Positions 46,754 through 56,336 of a DNA stretch of 64,000 nt are shown here, piece after piece (the first letter of the stretch is position 1; the number at the start of each line of letters is the position of its first letter). The stretch spans positions 6,782-70,781 of the forward strand of contig CAMJPL010000004.1 in assembly GCA_946407735.1 (NCBI GenBank), given 5' to 3'. The notes below the pieces were generated by a model. That model did not search any database, was not told where the DNA came from, and saw nothing but the letters and a program-made list of their open reading frames with translations. The stretch is from an uncultured Clostridia bacterium. Its GTDB lineage: Bacteria > Bacillota > Clostridia > Oscillospirales > CAG-272. A program made the translations under genes and the position numbers.

Positions 46754-48226
46754 ATGAAAAGGATAATCTCATCCGCTCTTGTCTCCCTTCTGATTTTGTC
46801 CGCACTGATCTCATGCGGCGAAAGCGCTGAGACGCAGATTTCCGGTCAGAGTTCCGAAACAGCTCAGGCTTCCTCTCCCGAGACCGCCGAAGAAACGACC
46901 GAAGCCGTAAAGTACACTCTGCCATCGACGGATTACGGCGGCAGGGAGTTCCATCTCCTCGCCGGAGACGAGTACGACAACTTCTCGTTCGTCGAGGAGG
47001 AGACCGGCGAGGTGCTCAACGACGCGAAATTCGCCATGCAGCGCACTCTCGAGAACGGGCTCAAGGTAAAGATAATCGAGACGAGAAGCCCCTTCTGGGA
47101 GATGAACAACACGGTAAAGCAGCTCGTTTTGTCCGGCGACACCACCTACAATTCGATCGCCATGATGGACCGCTTTGCCGTGCAGGCGGCGCAGGCCGGG
47201 TATTTCATGCCGATACAGGACGTCTCGACGGTCGATCTGACGCAGCCGTACTGGGGCAACAAGCTGTCCGCCTCGCTGTCGATCGGTCACAGACAGTATT
47301 TCGCCGTAAATTCCGGAAACCTCAAGGCGTATCAGAAGATACACTGCATGCTGATGAACACCCGTCTCGCCGAAAACTACGGCATCGCCGTGCCTTACGA
47401 CGACGTCATCGGCGGAACATGGACGTTCGATAAGCTTCTTTCATACCGCGGTATCGCCGACGCAGACCTTAACGGCAACGGTCAGCTCGACGTGAATGAC
47501 AGCTTCACCTATATGGCGGGAGACATACGCGGCCTTCTTACCTTCTGGCTCGTCGCCTTCGGCCAGCGCAACATAGAGAAGGACGCCGACGACATACCGT
47601 ACCTTACCGTCTACGACAATGAGCGGTATATAGACATCGTCGGAAAGATATACGATCTGTACATGACCGGGACGAACGATCTCACGAACGTCCTGAAAAG
47701 AGACGGCGAGAACGGTGTCGAAGGGTCCCCGACATTCAGGGCGGGACACGCGCTGATAATGGACGCTTCGATAGCCTCTCTCGTCACGCTGCGCGACATG
47801 GAGGACGACTTCGCCGTCCTGACGATGCCGAAATACGACGAGTCGCAGGCGGACTATATGTCGCACACCATCGACGTCACATATCACTCGGTGCCGGTGA
47901 CCGAAGCCGATCCGGAATTTTCCGGCGCCGTGCTCGACGCCATGTCCTGCGTCGGATACTACGACCTACTGCCGGTATATATGGAAACGGTGCTGAAGGA
48001 CAAGTTCGCCCGCGACGAGCGGTCGCGCGAGACGGTGCAGATCTGCTTTGACACAAGAATGGTCGATCTCTCGGAGTCGATCCTCTCCGATTTCTTCATG
48101 GACGAGAAGGTCTACGATATGTTCGTCAAGGGGCCGGAAAATGTCGTCTCAAAGCTCGAGAAATCGAGAAGCAAGGCTGAAAAGGCTCTTTCGAAGGCAG
48201 TCGAAAAGCTTACAGAGGAAGGCTGA
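46754..48226 (+). CDS. Extracellular solute-binding lipoprotein (ABC-transporter family 1, large LplA-like type)
   Basis: Lipobox LILSALISCGES, size (~490 aa), and a general sugar-SBP pattern. No permease or ATPase genes are adjacent. ATG 46754 is preferred over GTG 46745 on RBS spacing. Confidence 0.7.
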   Translation: MKRIISSALVSLLILSALISCGESAETQISGQSSETAQASSPETAEETTEAVKYTLPSTDYGGREFHLLAGDEYDNFSFVEEETGEVLNDAKFAMQRTLENGLKVKIIETRSPFWEMNNTVKQLVLSGDTTYNSIAMMDRFAVQAAQAGYFMPIQDVSTVDLTQPYWGNKLSASLSIGHRQYFAVNSGNLKAYQKIHCMLMNTRLAENYGIAVPYDDVIGGTWTFDKLLSYRGIADADLNGNGQLDVNDSFTYMAGDIRGLLTFWLVAFGQRNIEKDADDIPYLTVYDNERYIDIVGKIYDLYMTGTNDLTNVLKRDGENGVEGSPTFRAGHALIMDASIASLVTLRDMEDDFAVLTMPKYDESQADYMSHTIDVTYHSVPVTEADPEFSGAVLDAMSCVGYYDLLPVYMETVLKDKFARDERSRETVQICFDTRMVDLSESILSDFFMDEKVYDMFVKGPENVVSKLEKSRSKAEKALSKAVEKLTEEG

Positions 48227-49398
48227 TGTTCACATTCTTTTCCATGGACCGCGTCACCGGGACGTTCGACGATCTCGGCGGGAACGTCACATTCAACGAG
48301 CGGAGCACGTCCGAGGAGGCGTCGATCTGCGGCGTTTTCCCCGGCGGCGACCTCATGGTGTATATCATCGAAAGCTATGACCTCGACGTCTATATCAGAG
48401 GCGGTCTGAAACAGAGATACTACCGCTTCGATCCCGAAAACGGGAAGAAATACGAGCTTTTCACGGAATGGCCGGATCACCGGCAGTTCGGGAACATATT
48501 TATTCTCGATGACGAAAGGATCTTTCTCGCGGAAGGATCGGCTGAGGACGGGCAGCTGCTCTGGATCACAGATCAGGACGGCAGAAGCAGGACGCCGCTC
48601 TGGGACAAGCCTTCCGGTTACGCCTACGGCATGGCGCTCTCCCCCGACAAAACGACACTCGCGTTTCATATAACCGGAGCCGGAAACGAGTTCAACCATC
48701 CGGGATGCCATTATTCGATGAACACGGTGTCCCTGACCGACGGCACGAGGCGCCTCGTATATGAGAAGCCCGGTCATCTGATGTTCGGGACGGATTGGAC
48801 GGCCGACGGGAAGCTGATCTTCCAGGACTGCTTCGCCGATAAGGATCCGGCGCACCGTTTTTCGGATATCGTCGCAGCGTCGAAGGACGGGTCGGAGGTG
48901 AGATATCTCACCGAGGGGCAGTCGAGCTATTTCGGCACCTCGTTCGGGCGTCCCGACTTCCGTTCGGGCGGGTCGAACTATCCGCTTCCTCTCCCCGACG
49001 GCAGGATCGTATTCACAGAAAGGTCTCCCGGCTCGCATCCGGACAGCAGATACGATCCGTCGCTCGGAAATCATCATGAGGACGTCTATGCCCCCGAAAA
49101 CGCGGCCGGCGGAGCGCGGCTGGTTATATACGATCCGAAGACCGGCATAAAATCCGATCTTACAGGATACGAGGAATTCAAATGGGATTTCCGCCCCTCC
49201 CTGTCGCCCGACGGCAGGCGAGTGGCATATACGTCGGCGAGAAACGGACAGGCGTCAGAAATACGCATGGTCCCGCTCGACGGCGGCGAAGACATCCATG
49301 TGACATACGGTCACGGCGAAAGCGGCGCCGATCACGCCCGCCCGTCGCTCCTTGACGCTTCGGTGATCGGGAGATTCAGAAGCAGCTTCATAAAATAA
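48226..49398 (+). CDS. Cytoplasmic PD40/TolB-like beta-propeller repeat protein
   Basis: The start overlaps the SBP stop (TGATG). Repeated PD40-like units (MALSPDKTTLAFH, DWTADGKLIF, PLPDGRIVFTE, SLSPDGRRVAYTSARNGQASEIRMVPLDGGE). No signal peptide. Confidence 0.6.
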   Translation: MFTFFSMDRVTGTFDDLGGNVTFNERSTSEEASICGVFPGGDLMVYIIESYDLDVYIRGGLKQRYYRFDPENGKKYELFTEWPDHRQFGNIFILDDERIFLAEGSAEDGQLLWITDQDGRSRTPLWDKPSGYAYGMALSPDKTTLAFHITGAGNEFNHPGCHYSMNTVSLTDGTRRLVYEKPGHLMFGTDWTADGKLIFQDCFADKDPAHRFSDIVAASKDGSEVRYLTEGQSSYFGTSFGRPDFRSGGSNYPLPLPDGRIVFTERSPGSHPDSRYDPSLGNHHEDVYAPENAAGGARLVIYDPKTGIKSDLTGYEEFKWDFRPSLSPDGRRVAYTSARNGQASEIRMVPLDGGEDIHVTYGHGESGADHARPSLLDASVIGRFRSSFIK

Positions 49399-49418
49399 GC
49401 TTCGGCAGAAGGACATCA

Positions 49419-49449
49419 TTGCTCCGGCATCGGCCGGAGCAATTTTTTA
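49419..49449 (+). terminator. Intrinsic terminator
   Basis: Perfect 9-bp stem ttgctccgg / ccggagcaa with a 6-nt loop, then tttttta. Confidence 0.8.
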
Positions 49450-49470
49450 TTGTTATTCACAAATAATTTA

Positions 49471-49499
49471 TTGATTTTCGATAATATCGGTGGTATAAT
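49471..49499 (+). promoter_or_regulatory. Sigma-70-type promoter (extended -10) for the DUF4153-like gene
   Basis: TTGATT (49471-49476), 17-nt spacer, TGGTATAAT with TATAAT at 49494-49499. Confidence 0.6.
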
Positions 49500-49537
49500 A
49501 TTATCGAAATTCGATAAACTTCAAAGGAGCATGCGAC

Positions 49538-51046
49538 ATGAACACCACCATACATAACACGCCCGCCGAAACCGTGACGGCGGCACCGGGGAAGATACCG
49601 TATCTCTATATCAGAAAAGACGCAGTTTACGCCGTCTCAGCCCTCGCGCTCGGATGGCTGTTCGTCCGATCGTTCATCTTCTCGGGAGCCTGTCTCGGCG
49701 CCTTCATATTCACGCTTGCCGCCGTCGCTCTCGGGATATGCTTCATCGGCTCGGCCGGGAAGCTGACGGCAAAAGCCCTGATCGGCGGGGCTGTCACGCT
49801 GATTCTCGCCGCGCCGACGCTGTTCAGCGCAAATTACGATATGCGTCTGCTGGCTGGATTTTCAGCCTTCGCGTCCTATATCGTCTGGATCACGTATTCG
49901 TTCTGCCTGATGCCGGACAGCGATTTCGGCGGTATGGCGTCGATTCTCTCCGGGGTTTTCGCGCGTCCCTTCTCGAGATTTGCCGATGTATGGCGTGCGG
50001 TCGGCGGCGGGATGAGAGACGGAGCCGGCAAAAAGCTGCTCACCTCGCTGCTCGGGCTCACGGCGGCAGTTCCCTTGACGTTCATAGTGCTCATCAACCT
50101 CGCGCAGGCGGACGGGGTGTTCGAAAACAAGCTGGACGAGCTCGTCGGCAATATATCTGACAGGATGATCGTCAACACCGTATCGGTGATGCTGGGGATC
50201 CTCGTCGCGATGTATCTGTTCGGGCTTCTGTCGGCGTCGAGATCCTCCGCCGCGCCGAAGCGGGAGCAGAAACGCTTCATACCGGCCGGCTTCACCCTTT
50301 CGCTCACGATCCCGCTCATGCTCTGCTACGCCGCATTCTTCGCCGTGCAGCTGCCGTATTATCTGTCCGCTTTCGGCGGCGTGCTTCCGGACGGATACAG
50401 CTTCAGCGAATACGCGGTGAAGGGCTTCTTCGAGCTCGTCAGAGTCGCCGTCATAAACGCCGCCGTCTGCCTCGCCGTAACGCTTTTCGCCGACGGCAGG
50501 GCCGTGAGGCGAAGTGTGGTCACGATTCTCGGCGTCATGACGCTCATCCTGCTCGCGACGGCGGCGTCGAAGCTGTATCTATATATCGACGCATACAGCC
50601 TCACTCTCAAGCGGGTCTACGCTGCCATAGCACTGATATTCATAGCTGTATTCTTCATCCTGATGATCATCAGGCAGTACACCGACCGTCTGCGGCTGAC
50701 CGCGGCGGCGCTGATCCTGTGCGCTTTGTTCTCCGTCACCATGACCTTCCCCGACTGGGACGGCGTGGTCGCCGGAAGTCTGATCGACAAGGCGATGGAC
50801 AGCGCGCAGTCCGATCTGACGGCAGCCGAAACTCTTTCCCATTCGCCGAAAGTAACGGAAAGCCTTATCCGAGCCGCCGAAGACGGATCGCGGGCGCTGA
50901 GTGAGGCCGCCGGAATACAGCTGAACAACCGGAAGATGACGTTCGACGCCTCTGTGTCAGATCAGAACACCGTACTCGACCGCATCCTCTGCTTCAACAT
51001 CGGAGAGTACCTGTCATACGGCATGATAAAAGACTATTACATGTAA
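49538..51046 (+). CDS. Polytopic membrane protein, DUF4153/DUF4173-like
   Basis: About 10 or more predicted TM helices, and the central SEYAVKGFFELVRVAVIN block typical of that family as I recall it. RBS AAGGAG. Confidence 0.6.
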   Translation: MNTTIHNTPAETVTAAPGKIPYLYIRKDAVYAVSALALGWLFVRSFIFSGACLGAFIFTLAAVALGICFIGSAGKLTAKALIGGAVTLILAAPTLFSANYDMRLLAGFSAFASYIVWITYSFCLMPDSDFGGMASILSGVFARPFSRFADVWRAVGGGMRDGAGKKLLTSLLGLTAAVPLTFIVLINLAQADGVFENKLDELVGNISDRMIVNTVSVMLGILVAMYLFGLLSASRSSAAPKREQKRFIPAGFTLSLTIPLMLCYAAFFAVQLPYYLSAFGGVLPDGYSFSEYAVKGFFELVRVAVINAAVCLAVTLFADGRAVRRSVVTILGVMTLILLATAASKLYLYIDAYSLTLKRVYAAIALIFIAVFFILMIIRQYTDRLRLTAAALILCALFSVTMTFPDWDGVVAGSLIDKAMDSAQSDLTAAETLSHSPKVTESLIRAAEDGSRALSEAAGIQLNNRKMTFDASVSDQNTVLDRILCFNIGEYLSYGMIKDYYM

Positions 51047-51085
51047 AATTTAAATGAACCAATCGATCATGTTTATCCTCGCTCA

Positions 51086-51114
51086 TTGACAAAACCGCAG
51101 AGATGTGGTATAAT
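51086..51114 (+). promoter_or_regulatory. Consensus sigma-70 promoter (extended -10) for rpsB-tsf
   Basis: TTGACA (51086-51091), 17-nt spacer, TGTGGTATAAT with TATAAT at 51109-51114. It leaves a ~105-nt leader. Confidence 0.8.
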
Positions 51115-51226
51115 AATATTTACTTTCGCGCGGTGAAATTTTCGGTCCGGGACGTCTGTACCAGCGCTCCGGCTCAGCCGCGTCAGAGTCAACCGAATCA
51201 TCACAACATATCAGGAGGACATAATA

Positions 51227-51985
51227 ATGTCTGTCGTAACTATCAAGCAGCTGCTCGAGGCCGGCGTTCACTTCGGTCACCACACCAGAAGATGGAACCC
51301 GAAGATGGCCGAGTACATCTTCACCGAGCGCAATGGTATCTACATCATCGACCTTCAGAAGACCGTCAAGAAGTTTGACGAGGCCTATATGTTCGTCCGC
51401 GATCTTTCCGCGGCCGGCGGCAATCTTCTCTTCGTCGGCACCAAGAAGCAGGCCGCTGACGCCATCAAGGAAGAGGCTCTGCGCTGCAACCAGTACTACG
51501 TCAACGAGCGCTGGCCGGGCGGCATGCTCACCAACTACAACACCATCCGCAAGTCCATCGCCCGTCTCAACAGCCTGACCAAGATGCGCGACGACGGCAC
51601 CTTCGATCTGCTTCCGAAGAAGGAAGTCGCCGCTCTCATGAAGGAGATCGGCGATCTCGAGTCCAACTACGGCGGCATCAAGGACATGCCCGGACTTCCG
51701 TCCGCCGTCTTCATCGTCGACCCGCACAAGGAGCACAACGCCGTTCTCGAAGCCCGCAAGCTGGGTATCCCGGTGATCGCCATCGTCGACACCAACTGCG
51801 ATCCCGATGAGATCGACTACGTCATCCCCGGCAACGACGACGCCATCCGCGCCATCAAGCTGATCAGCTCCTCCATCGCCGACGCCGTTCTCGAAGGCAA
51901 GCAGGGCACCCAGATGGAAGCCGCTGTCGCTGAGATCACCGCCGAGGAAGAAGCTCAGGACGCCGAAGAAGCCGAGAAGAACTGA
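51227..51985 (+). CDS. rpsB: 30S ribosomal protein S2
   Basis: [27 protein letters not shown]... is canonical S2. RBS AGGAGGA. Confidence 0.97.
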   Translation: MSVVTIKQLLEAGVHFGHHTRRWNPKMAEYIFTERNGIYIIDLQKTVKKFDEAYMFVRDLSAAGGNLLFVGTKKQAADAIKEEALRCNQYYVNERWPGGMLTNYNTIRKSIARLNSLTKMRDDGTFDLLPKKEVAALMKEIGDLESNYGGIKDMPGLPSAVFIVDPHKEHNAVLEARKLGIPVIAIVDTNCDPDEIDYVIPGNDDAIRAIKLISSSIADAVLEGKQGTQMEAAVAEITAEEEAQDAEEAEKN

Positions 51986-52115
51986 GATAATCATCCGCTC
52001 CGGATTATTACATGAACACTATCAGGTGATTGTCCGGAAGACCAGATCAGCACGCCTCAAATGACATATTTCGGGTCATTTATAGGCTTTTGAATTCAGA
52101 AAGGAAGTAACATAT

Positions 52116-53039
52116 ATGGCTATCAGCGCAAAGGACGTCGCCGAGCTGAGAAGAAAGACCGGCGCCGGCATGATGGAGTGCAAAAAGGCTCTTACCGAAT
52201 CCAACGGCGATTTCGACGAGGCTATCAAGTACCTCCGCGAGAACGGAGTAGCCGTCGCCGCCAAGAAGGCCGACCGCATCGCCGCCGAGGGACGCATTGA
52301 CATCCTCACCGAGGGCGATACCACCGCCATGATCGAGATCAACTGCGAGACCGACTTCGTCGCCAACACCGACGGCTTCAAGGCCTTCTCGAAGAACGTT
52401 CTCACCGCCATCATCGCCAACCGTCCGGCTGACGTAGACGCTCTTCTCGAGTGCAAGTACAGCGACGATCTCACCGTCGGTCAGGCTCTGACCGAGATGA
52501 TCGCCAACACCAAGGAGAACACCAAGATCCGCCGCTTCGTCATCGTCGACGGACTCGTCTCCACCTATATCCACGGCAACGGCGTCACCGGCGTCGTCGT
52601 CAAGTTCGATACCGATCCCGCCATCGCCGGGACCGACGGCTTCAAGGAGTACGCGAAGAACGTAGCCCTCCAGATTGCCGCCATGAACTGCCTGTATCTC
52701 GACCGTGACTCCGTTCCTCAGTCGGCCATCGACGAGGAGAAGGAAGTCATCATGAAGACCATCCAGAACGATCCCAAGAACGCCAGCAAGCCCGCCGCCA
52801 TCCTCGAGAAGATGGCCGTCGGTCGTCTCGGCAAGTTCTATGAGACCTACTGCCTGGTGGATCAGCTCTATATCAAGGACGACTCGATAACCGTCGGCAA
52901 GTACACCGAAGCCACCGCCAAGGCTTTCGGCGGCGACATCAAGATCACCGCTTACGTCCGCTACGACAAGGGCGAGGGACTTGAGAAGCGCTCCGACAAC
53001 CTTGCCGCCGAGATCGACAAGCTCGTGAACAAAAAGTAA
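52116..53039 (+). CDS. tsf: Translation elongation factor Ts
   Basis: ISAKDVAELRRKTGAGMMECKKAL UBA-like N-terminus and full-length EF-Ts. Confidence 0.97.
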   Translation: MAISAKDVAELRRKTGAGMMECKKALTESNGDFDEAIKYLRENGVAVAAKKADRIAAEGRIDILTEGDTTAMIEINCETDFVANTDGFKAFSKNVLTAIIANRPADVDALLECKYSDDLTVGQALTEMIANTKENTKIRRFVIVDGLVSTYIHGNGVTGVVVKFDTDPAIAGTDGFKEYAKNVALQIAAMNCLYLDRDSVPQSAIDEEKEVIMKTIQNDPKNASKPAAILEKMAVGRLGKFYETYCLVDQLYIKDDSITVGKYTEATAKAFGGDIKITAYVRYDKGEGLEKRSDNLAAEIDKLVNKK

Positions 53040-53170
53040 AATACTTATCTAAAGAGAGGGACGCCTTAAAAGGGTGTCCCTCTCTCGCTGATACGGCACA
53101 CTCCCGCCGGGCGATGAGGCTTACCCGGCCGCTGTACTAATAAATTTACGGAATTTCTTTCAAATAGACC

Positions 53171-53199
53171 TTTACAAACAGCGGCCGATGTGGTAAACT
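53171..53199 (+). promoter_or_regulatory. Sigma-70-type promoter (extended -10) for pyrH
   Basis: TTTACA (53171-53176), 17-nt spacer, TGTGGTAAACT with TAAACT at 53194-53199. Confidence 0.5.
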
Positions 53200-53241
53200 G
53201 TTATATGAATAATAATTTTGAAAGGCATGGTATTAACCGTC

Positions 53242-53973
53242 ATGGCAACTGAAGCTACCGCCAATCAGACCAGATACAAACGAATCCTGCTCAAGCTTTC
53301 CGGCGAGGCGCTGGCGAGCGGAGGCAGAAACGTGCTCAATTACGACATCGTCTCCGAGATCTGCCGTCAGATAGTCGCCGTAAAGGAGCTCGGCGTCCAG
53401 ATCGGCATCGTCGTAGGCGGCGGCAATATCTGGCGCGGCCGGCAGGGCGAAAAGATGGACCGCACCAGAGCCGATCACATGGGAATGATCGCGACCACCT
53501 TCAACTCCCTCGCCCTTCAGGACAGCTTTGAGCAGCTCGGCGTCGAGAGCCGCGTCATGACAGCCATCGAGATGAAGCAGTTCGCCGAGCCTTATATCCG
53601 CAACAAGGCTGTGCATCACCTCAACAACGGACGCATAGTCATCTTCGGATGCGGCATCGGCAACCCGTTCTTCTCGACCGACACCGCCGCCGTCATGCGC
53701 GCAGCCGAGATCGGCGCCGACATCGTCATGATGGCGAAAAACATCGACGGCGTCTATACGGCCGATCCCCGCAAGGATCCGACCGCCGTCAAGCTCGACA
53801 CCGTGGATTACAAATATATCCTGCAGAACGAGCTGACCGTCATCGACTCGACTGCCGCCTCGTTCAGCCGCGAGAACAACATCCCGCTTCTCATCTTCGG
53901 TCTGGACGATCCCTACAACATCGTCCGCGCCGTGAAGGGCGAGAAGATCGGGACTGTGGTGGAAAACATATAA
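53242..53973 (+). CDS. pyrH: UMP kinase
   Basis: YKRILLKLSGEAL, GGGNIWRG, and a full-length amino-acid-kinase fold. The start is uncertain: ATG 53242 is preferred, with alternatives 53227 and 53218. Confidence 0.93.
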   Translation: MATEATANQTRYKRILLKLSGEALASGGRNVLNYDIVSEICRQIVAVKELGVQIGIVVGGGNIWRGRQGEKMDRTRADHMGMIATTFNSLALQDSFEQLGVESRVMTAIEMKQFAEPYIRNKAVHHLNNGRIVIFGCGIGNPFFSTDTAAVMRAAEIGADIVMMAKNIDGVYTADPRKDPTAVKLDTVDYKYILQNELTVIDSTAASFSRENNIPLLIFGLDDPYNIVRAVKGEKIGTVVENI

Positions 53974-53987
53974 ATATCTCTTAATTT

Positions 53988-54068
53988 GGGGAAGGGGAGA
54001 CCCTTTTCTGAAGAAAATGGTCTCCCCTTCCTAAGACCTCATCCCTGTCCCAAAAGACTTTTGATACT
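53988..54068 (+). repeat. Intergenic repeat family, copy 3 (hairpin + conserved tail)
   Basis: 19-bp stem ggaaggggagacccttttc / gaaaatggtctccccttcc (one mismatch) with loop tgaa, then taagacctcatccctgtcccaaaagacttttgatac. The hairpin starts 16 nt after the pyrH stop. Confidence 0.75.
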
Positions 54069-54111
54069 GCCAGAATTATAAAAAACGCCATTATATAGAA
54101 AGGAACGCATC

Positions 54112-54666
54112 ATGAAGCTCGAAACAAAATCCTACGAAGAGAAGATGAAGAAGTCGATCTCCATCTACGAGCACGATCTTCAGACTATACGCGCCGGACG
54201 CGCCAACCCCGCCGTCCTTGACAACATCACCGTCGACTATTACGGCACTCCCTCCCCGATCCAGAACACCGCCAACATCGCTGTCCCGGACGCCCGCACC
54301 ATCACCATCACCCCGTGGGAGAAAAAGATGCTGAATGAGATCACGAAGGCTATCCAGGCCTCCGATCTCGGCATAAACCCGACAAACGACGGCAAGGTGA
54401 TCCGTCTCGTCTTCCCGCAGCCCACCGAGGAGCGCCGCAAGGAGCTCACCAAGCAGGTCATGAAGAAGGGCGAGGAAGCCAAGGTCAACATCCGCAACAT
54501 CCGCCGCGAGGCGAACGACAAGATCAAGGACATGAAGAAGAAGTCCGAGATCACCGAGGACGAGCAGAAGATCTCCGAAAAAGACGTTCAGGATCTCACC
54601 GACAAGTACATCAAGGAGATCGACGCGATCACCGCCGACAAGAACAAGGAGATCATGGAGATCTGA
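54112..54666 (+). CDS. frr: Ribosome recycling factor
   Basis: Canonical RRF (LQTIRAGRANPAVLDNITVDYYG...). Confidence 0.97.
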   Translation: MKLETKSYEEKMKKSISIYEHDLQTIRAGRANPAVLDNITVDYYGTPSPIQNTANIAVPDARTITITPWEKKMLNEITKAIQASDLGINPTNDGKVIRLVFPQPTEERRKELTKQVMKKGEEAKVNIRNIRREANDKIKDMKKKSEITEDEQKISEKDVQDLTDKYIKEIDAITADKNKEIMEI

Positions 54667-54680
54667 CCAGTCCGGAAGAT

Positions 54681-55376
54681 ATGAGTCAGCCAAACGCTCA
54701 GAATGTCCGCCATTTAGCCTTCATAATGGACGGAAACGGCCGATGGGCCCAAAGCCGCGGCATGCCGAGGGAATTCGGGCACAAGGAAGGCGCGAAGGTT
54801 TTTCGCCGTCTCGCCGAATACTGCTCCGATATCGGCATCGGCTGCGTCACCACCTACGCCCTGTCGACCGAAAACCTCAAAAACCGCTCCAGAGCCGAGC
54901 TCGCGGCGCTGTTCATACTGCTCAAGGAATATCTCAAGGACGCGATGGTTACCGCGCCGAAAAACGATACTCAGGTGAAGATCATCGGCGACCATTCGCC
55001 GCTTCCGGCGGATCTCCGCGAAATGATAAAAACCGTCGAGCGGGAGACCTCGATCTATCACAAGCGCCTGAACATCGCCGTGAACTACGGAGGGCGGGAC
55101 GAGATAGTCCGCGCCGTTAACAGGCTCATAGCCGACGGGCATACGCATATAACCGAAGAAGACATCGACTCGGCGCTTGACACCGGCGGCTGTCCGCCGC
55201 CGGATATGATCATACGCACCGGCTGCGAGATAAGGGTATCGAACTTCCTGCTCTGGCAGTCGGCGTATTCCGAGTATTATTTTACCGACACTCTGTGGCC
55301 CGATCTCACCGAAGAGGAGATAAACAGAGCCTTAGATGATTTCAATTCCAGACACCGCCGCTTCGGCGGCGCGTAA
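54681..55376 (+). CDS. uppS: Isoprenyl transferase (undecaprenyl diphosphate synthase)
   Basis: HLAFIMDGNGRWA, IRTGCEIRVSNFLLWQSAYSEYYF. Confidence 0.95.
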   Translation: MSQPNAQNVRHLAFIMDGNGRWAQSRGMPREFGHKEGAKVFRRLAEYCSDIGIGCVTTYALSTENLKNRSRAELAALFILLKEYLKDAMVTAPKNDTQVKIIGDHSPLPADLREMIKTVERETSIYHKRLNIAVNYGGRDEIVRAVNRLIADGHTHITEEDIDSALDTGGCPPPDMIIRTGCEIRVSNFLLWQSAYSEYYFTDTLWPDLTEEEINRALDDFNSRHRRFGGA

Positions 55377-55391
55377 CTGACGGGACTTCCT

Positions 55392-56327
55392 ATGAACAAT
55401 TCGACCATCCCGGAAAAACCGGCTGAGGGTGAGGGCGCGAAGAAAAAAGACGGCGGCTCGATGAGACGCCGGATACTGACGGCAGTGATAGCGATACCGC
55501 TCCTGATCGCGTATTTCTATTTTCTTTCCGGCACCCCCGGAATGCCGATCATCGTCGCGGCGGCGAGCTGCGCAGCCTCATACGAGCTGCTGAAATGCGT
55601 CGGATACCATAAGAATCCGGCAGTCGCCGTGCCGACGTACATGTTCGCCGCGGCGATACCCTTCTGCGCCCGCCGTCCTGACGAGCAGTACATCTTCCTC
55701 GGCCTGTTCTTCTTCATCTCGTTCATATACATGTTCTATATGCTCTCCGCCGCCGTCATGAGCAAGGTGGCGTTCAAGGTGGAGGACATCGCCGTCCTCT
55801 ACATGATGGAGACGTATATGATCTTCGGCTTCACGTCGATAATCCTGCTCCGCGATATGGAAAACGGCAGTCTGCTGTACTGGCTTCCCTTCGTTTCGGC
55901 GTGGATGACGGACGCCGGAGGGTATTTCATAGGAAGGGTGTTCGGCAGGCACAAGCTCGTGGAGCACATAAGCCCGAAAAAGACCGTCGAGGGCGCGATA
56001 GGCGGCGTGATATTCTCCGTCGTGACATTTGTCGTTTACGCCTTCGTCGTCGGGCTGATCTTCGACGTCGTGCCGAACTATCTCTTCGCCTGCGTGCTCG
56101 GCGTCATCATAGCCGTGGTATCTCAGCTAGGCGATCTCATCGCGTCGCTTGTCAAGCGCCGCTACAGCATCAAGGATTACGGGAACCTGATACCCGGCCA
56201 CGGCGGGATGATGGACAGATGCGACTCTGTGATCGCCACGGCGCCGTTCATTTATCTGATATGCTCGCTCACCGTTCTGCTCTCGAACTTCTTCCATATA
56301 GCGCCGTCCTTTTTCCTGTTCAGGTAA
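55392..56327 (+). CDS. cdsA: Phosphatidate cytidylyltransferase
   Basis: Polytopic membrane protein with the CdsA signature SLVKRRYSIKDYGNLIPGHGGMMDRCDS. The start could be the internal ATG at 55461. Confidence 0.9.
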   Translation: MNNSTIPEKPAEGEGAKKKDGGSMRRRILTAVIAIPLLIAYFYFLSGTPGMPIIVAAASCAASYELLKCVGYHKNPAVAVPTYMFAAAIPFCARRPDEQYIFLGLFFFISFIYMFYMLSAAVMSKVAFKVEDIAVLYMMETYMIFGFTSIILLRDMENGSLLYWLPFVSAWMTDAGGYFIGRVFGRHKLVEHISPKKTVEGAIGGVIFSVVTFVVYAFVVGLIFDVVPNYLFACVLGVIIAVVSQLGDLIASLVKRRYSIKDYGNLIPGHGGMMDRCDSVIATAPFIYLICSLTVLLSNFFHIAPSFFLFR

Positions 56328-56336
56328 AAATCAGAA

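Noticed and set aside
51115-51226. ~105-nt leader between the rpsB promoter and its start codon, considered as an S2-autoregulatory structured leader
   Set aside because: I cannot identify conserved structure by eye, and the known rpsB leader motif is described for other phyla. This needs a covariance-model search.
51083-51994. 303-aa ORF antisense to rpsB
   Set aside because: It is opposite a universally conserved ribosomal protein gene with a consensus promoter. This is an antisense GC artefact.
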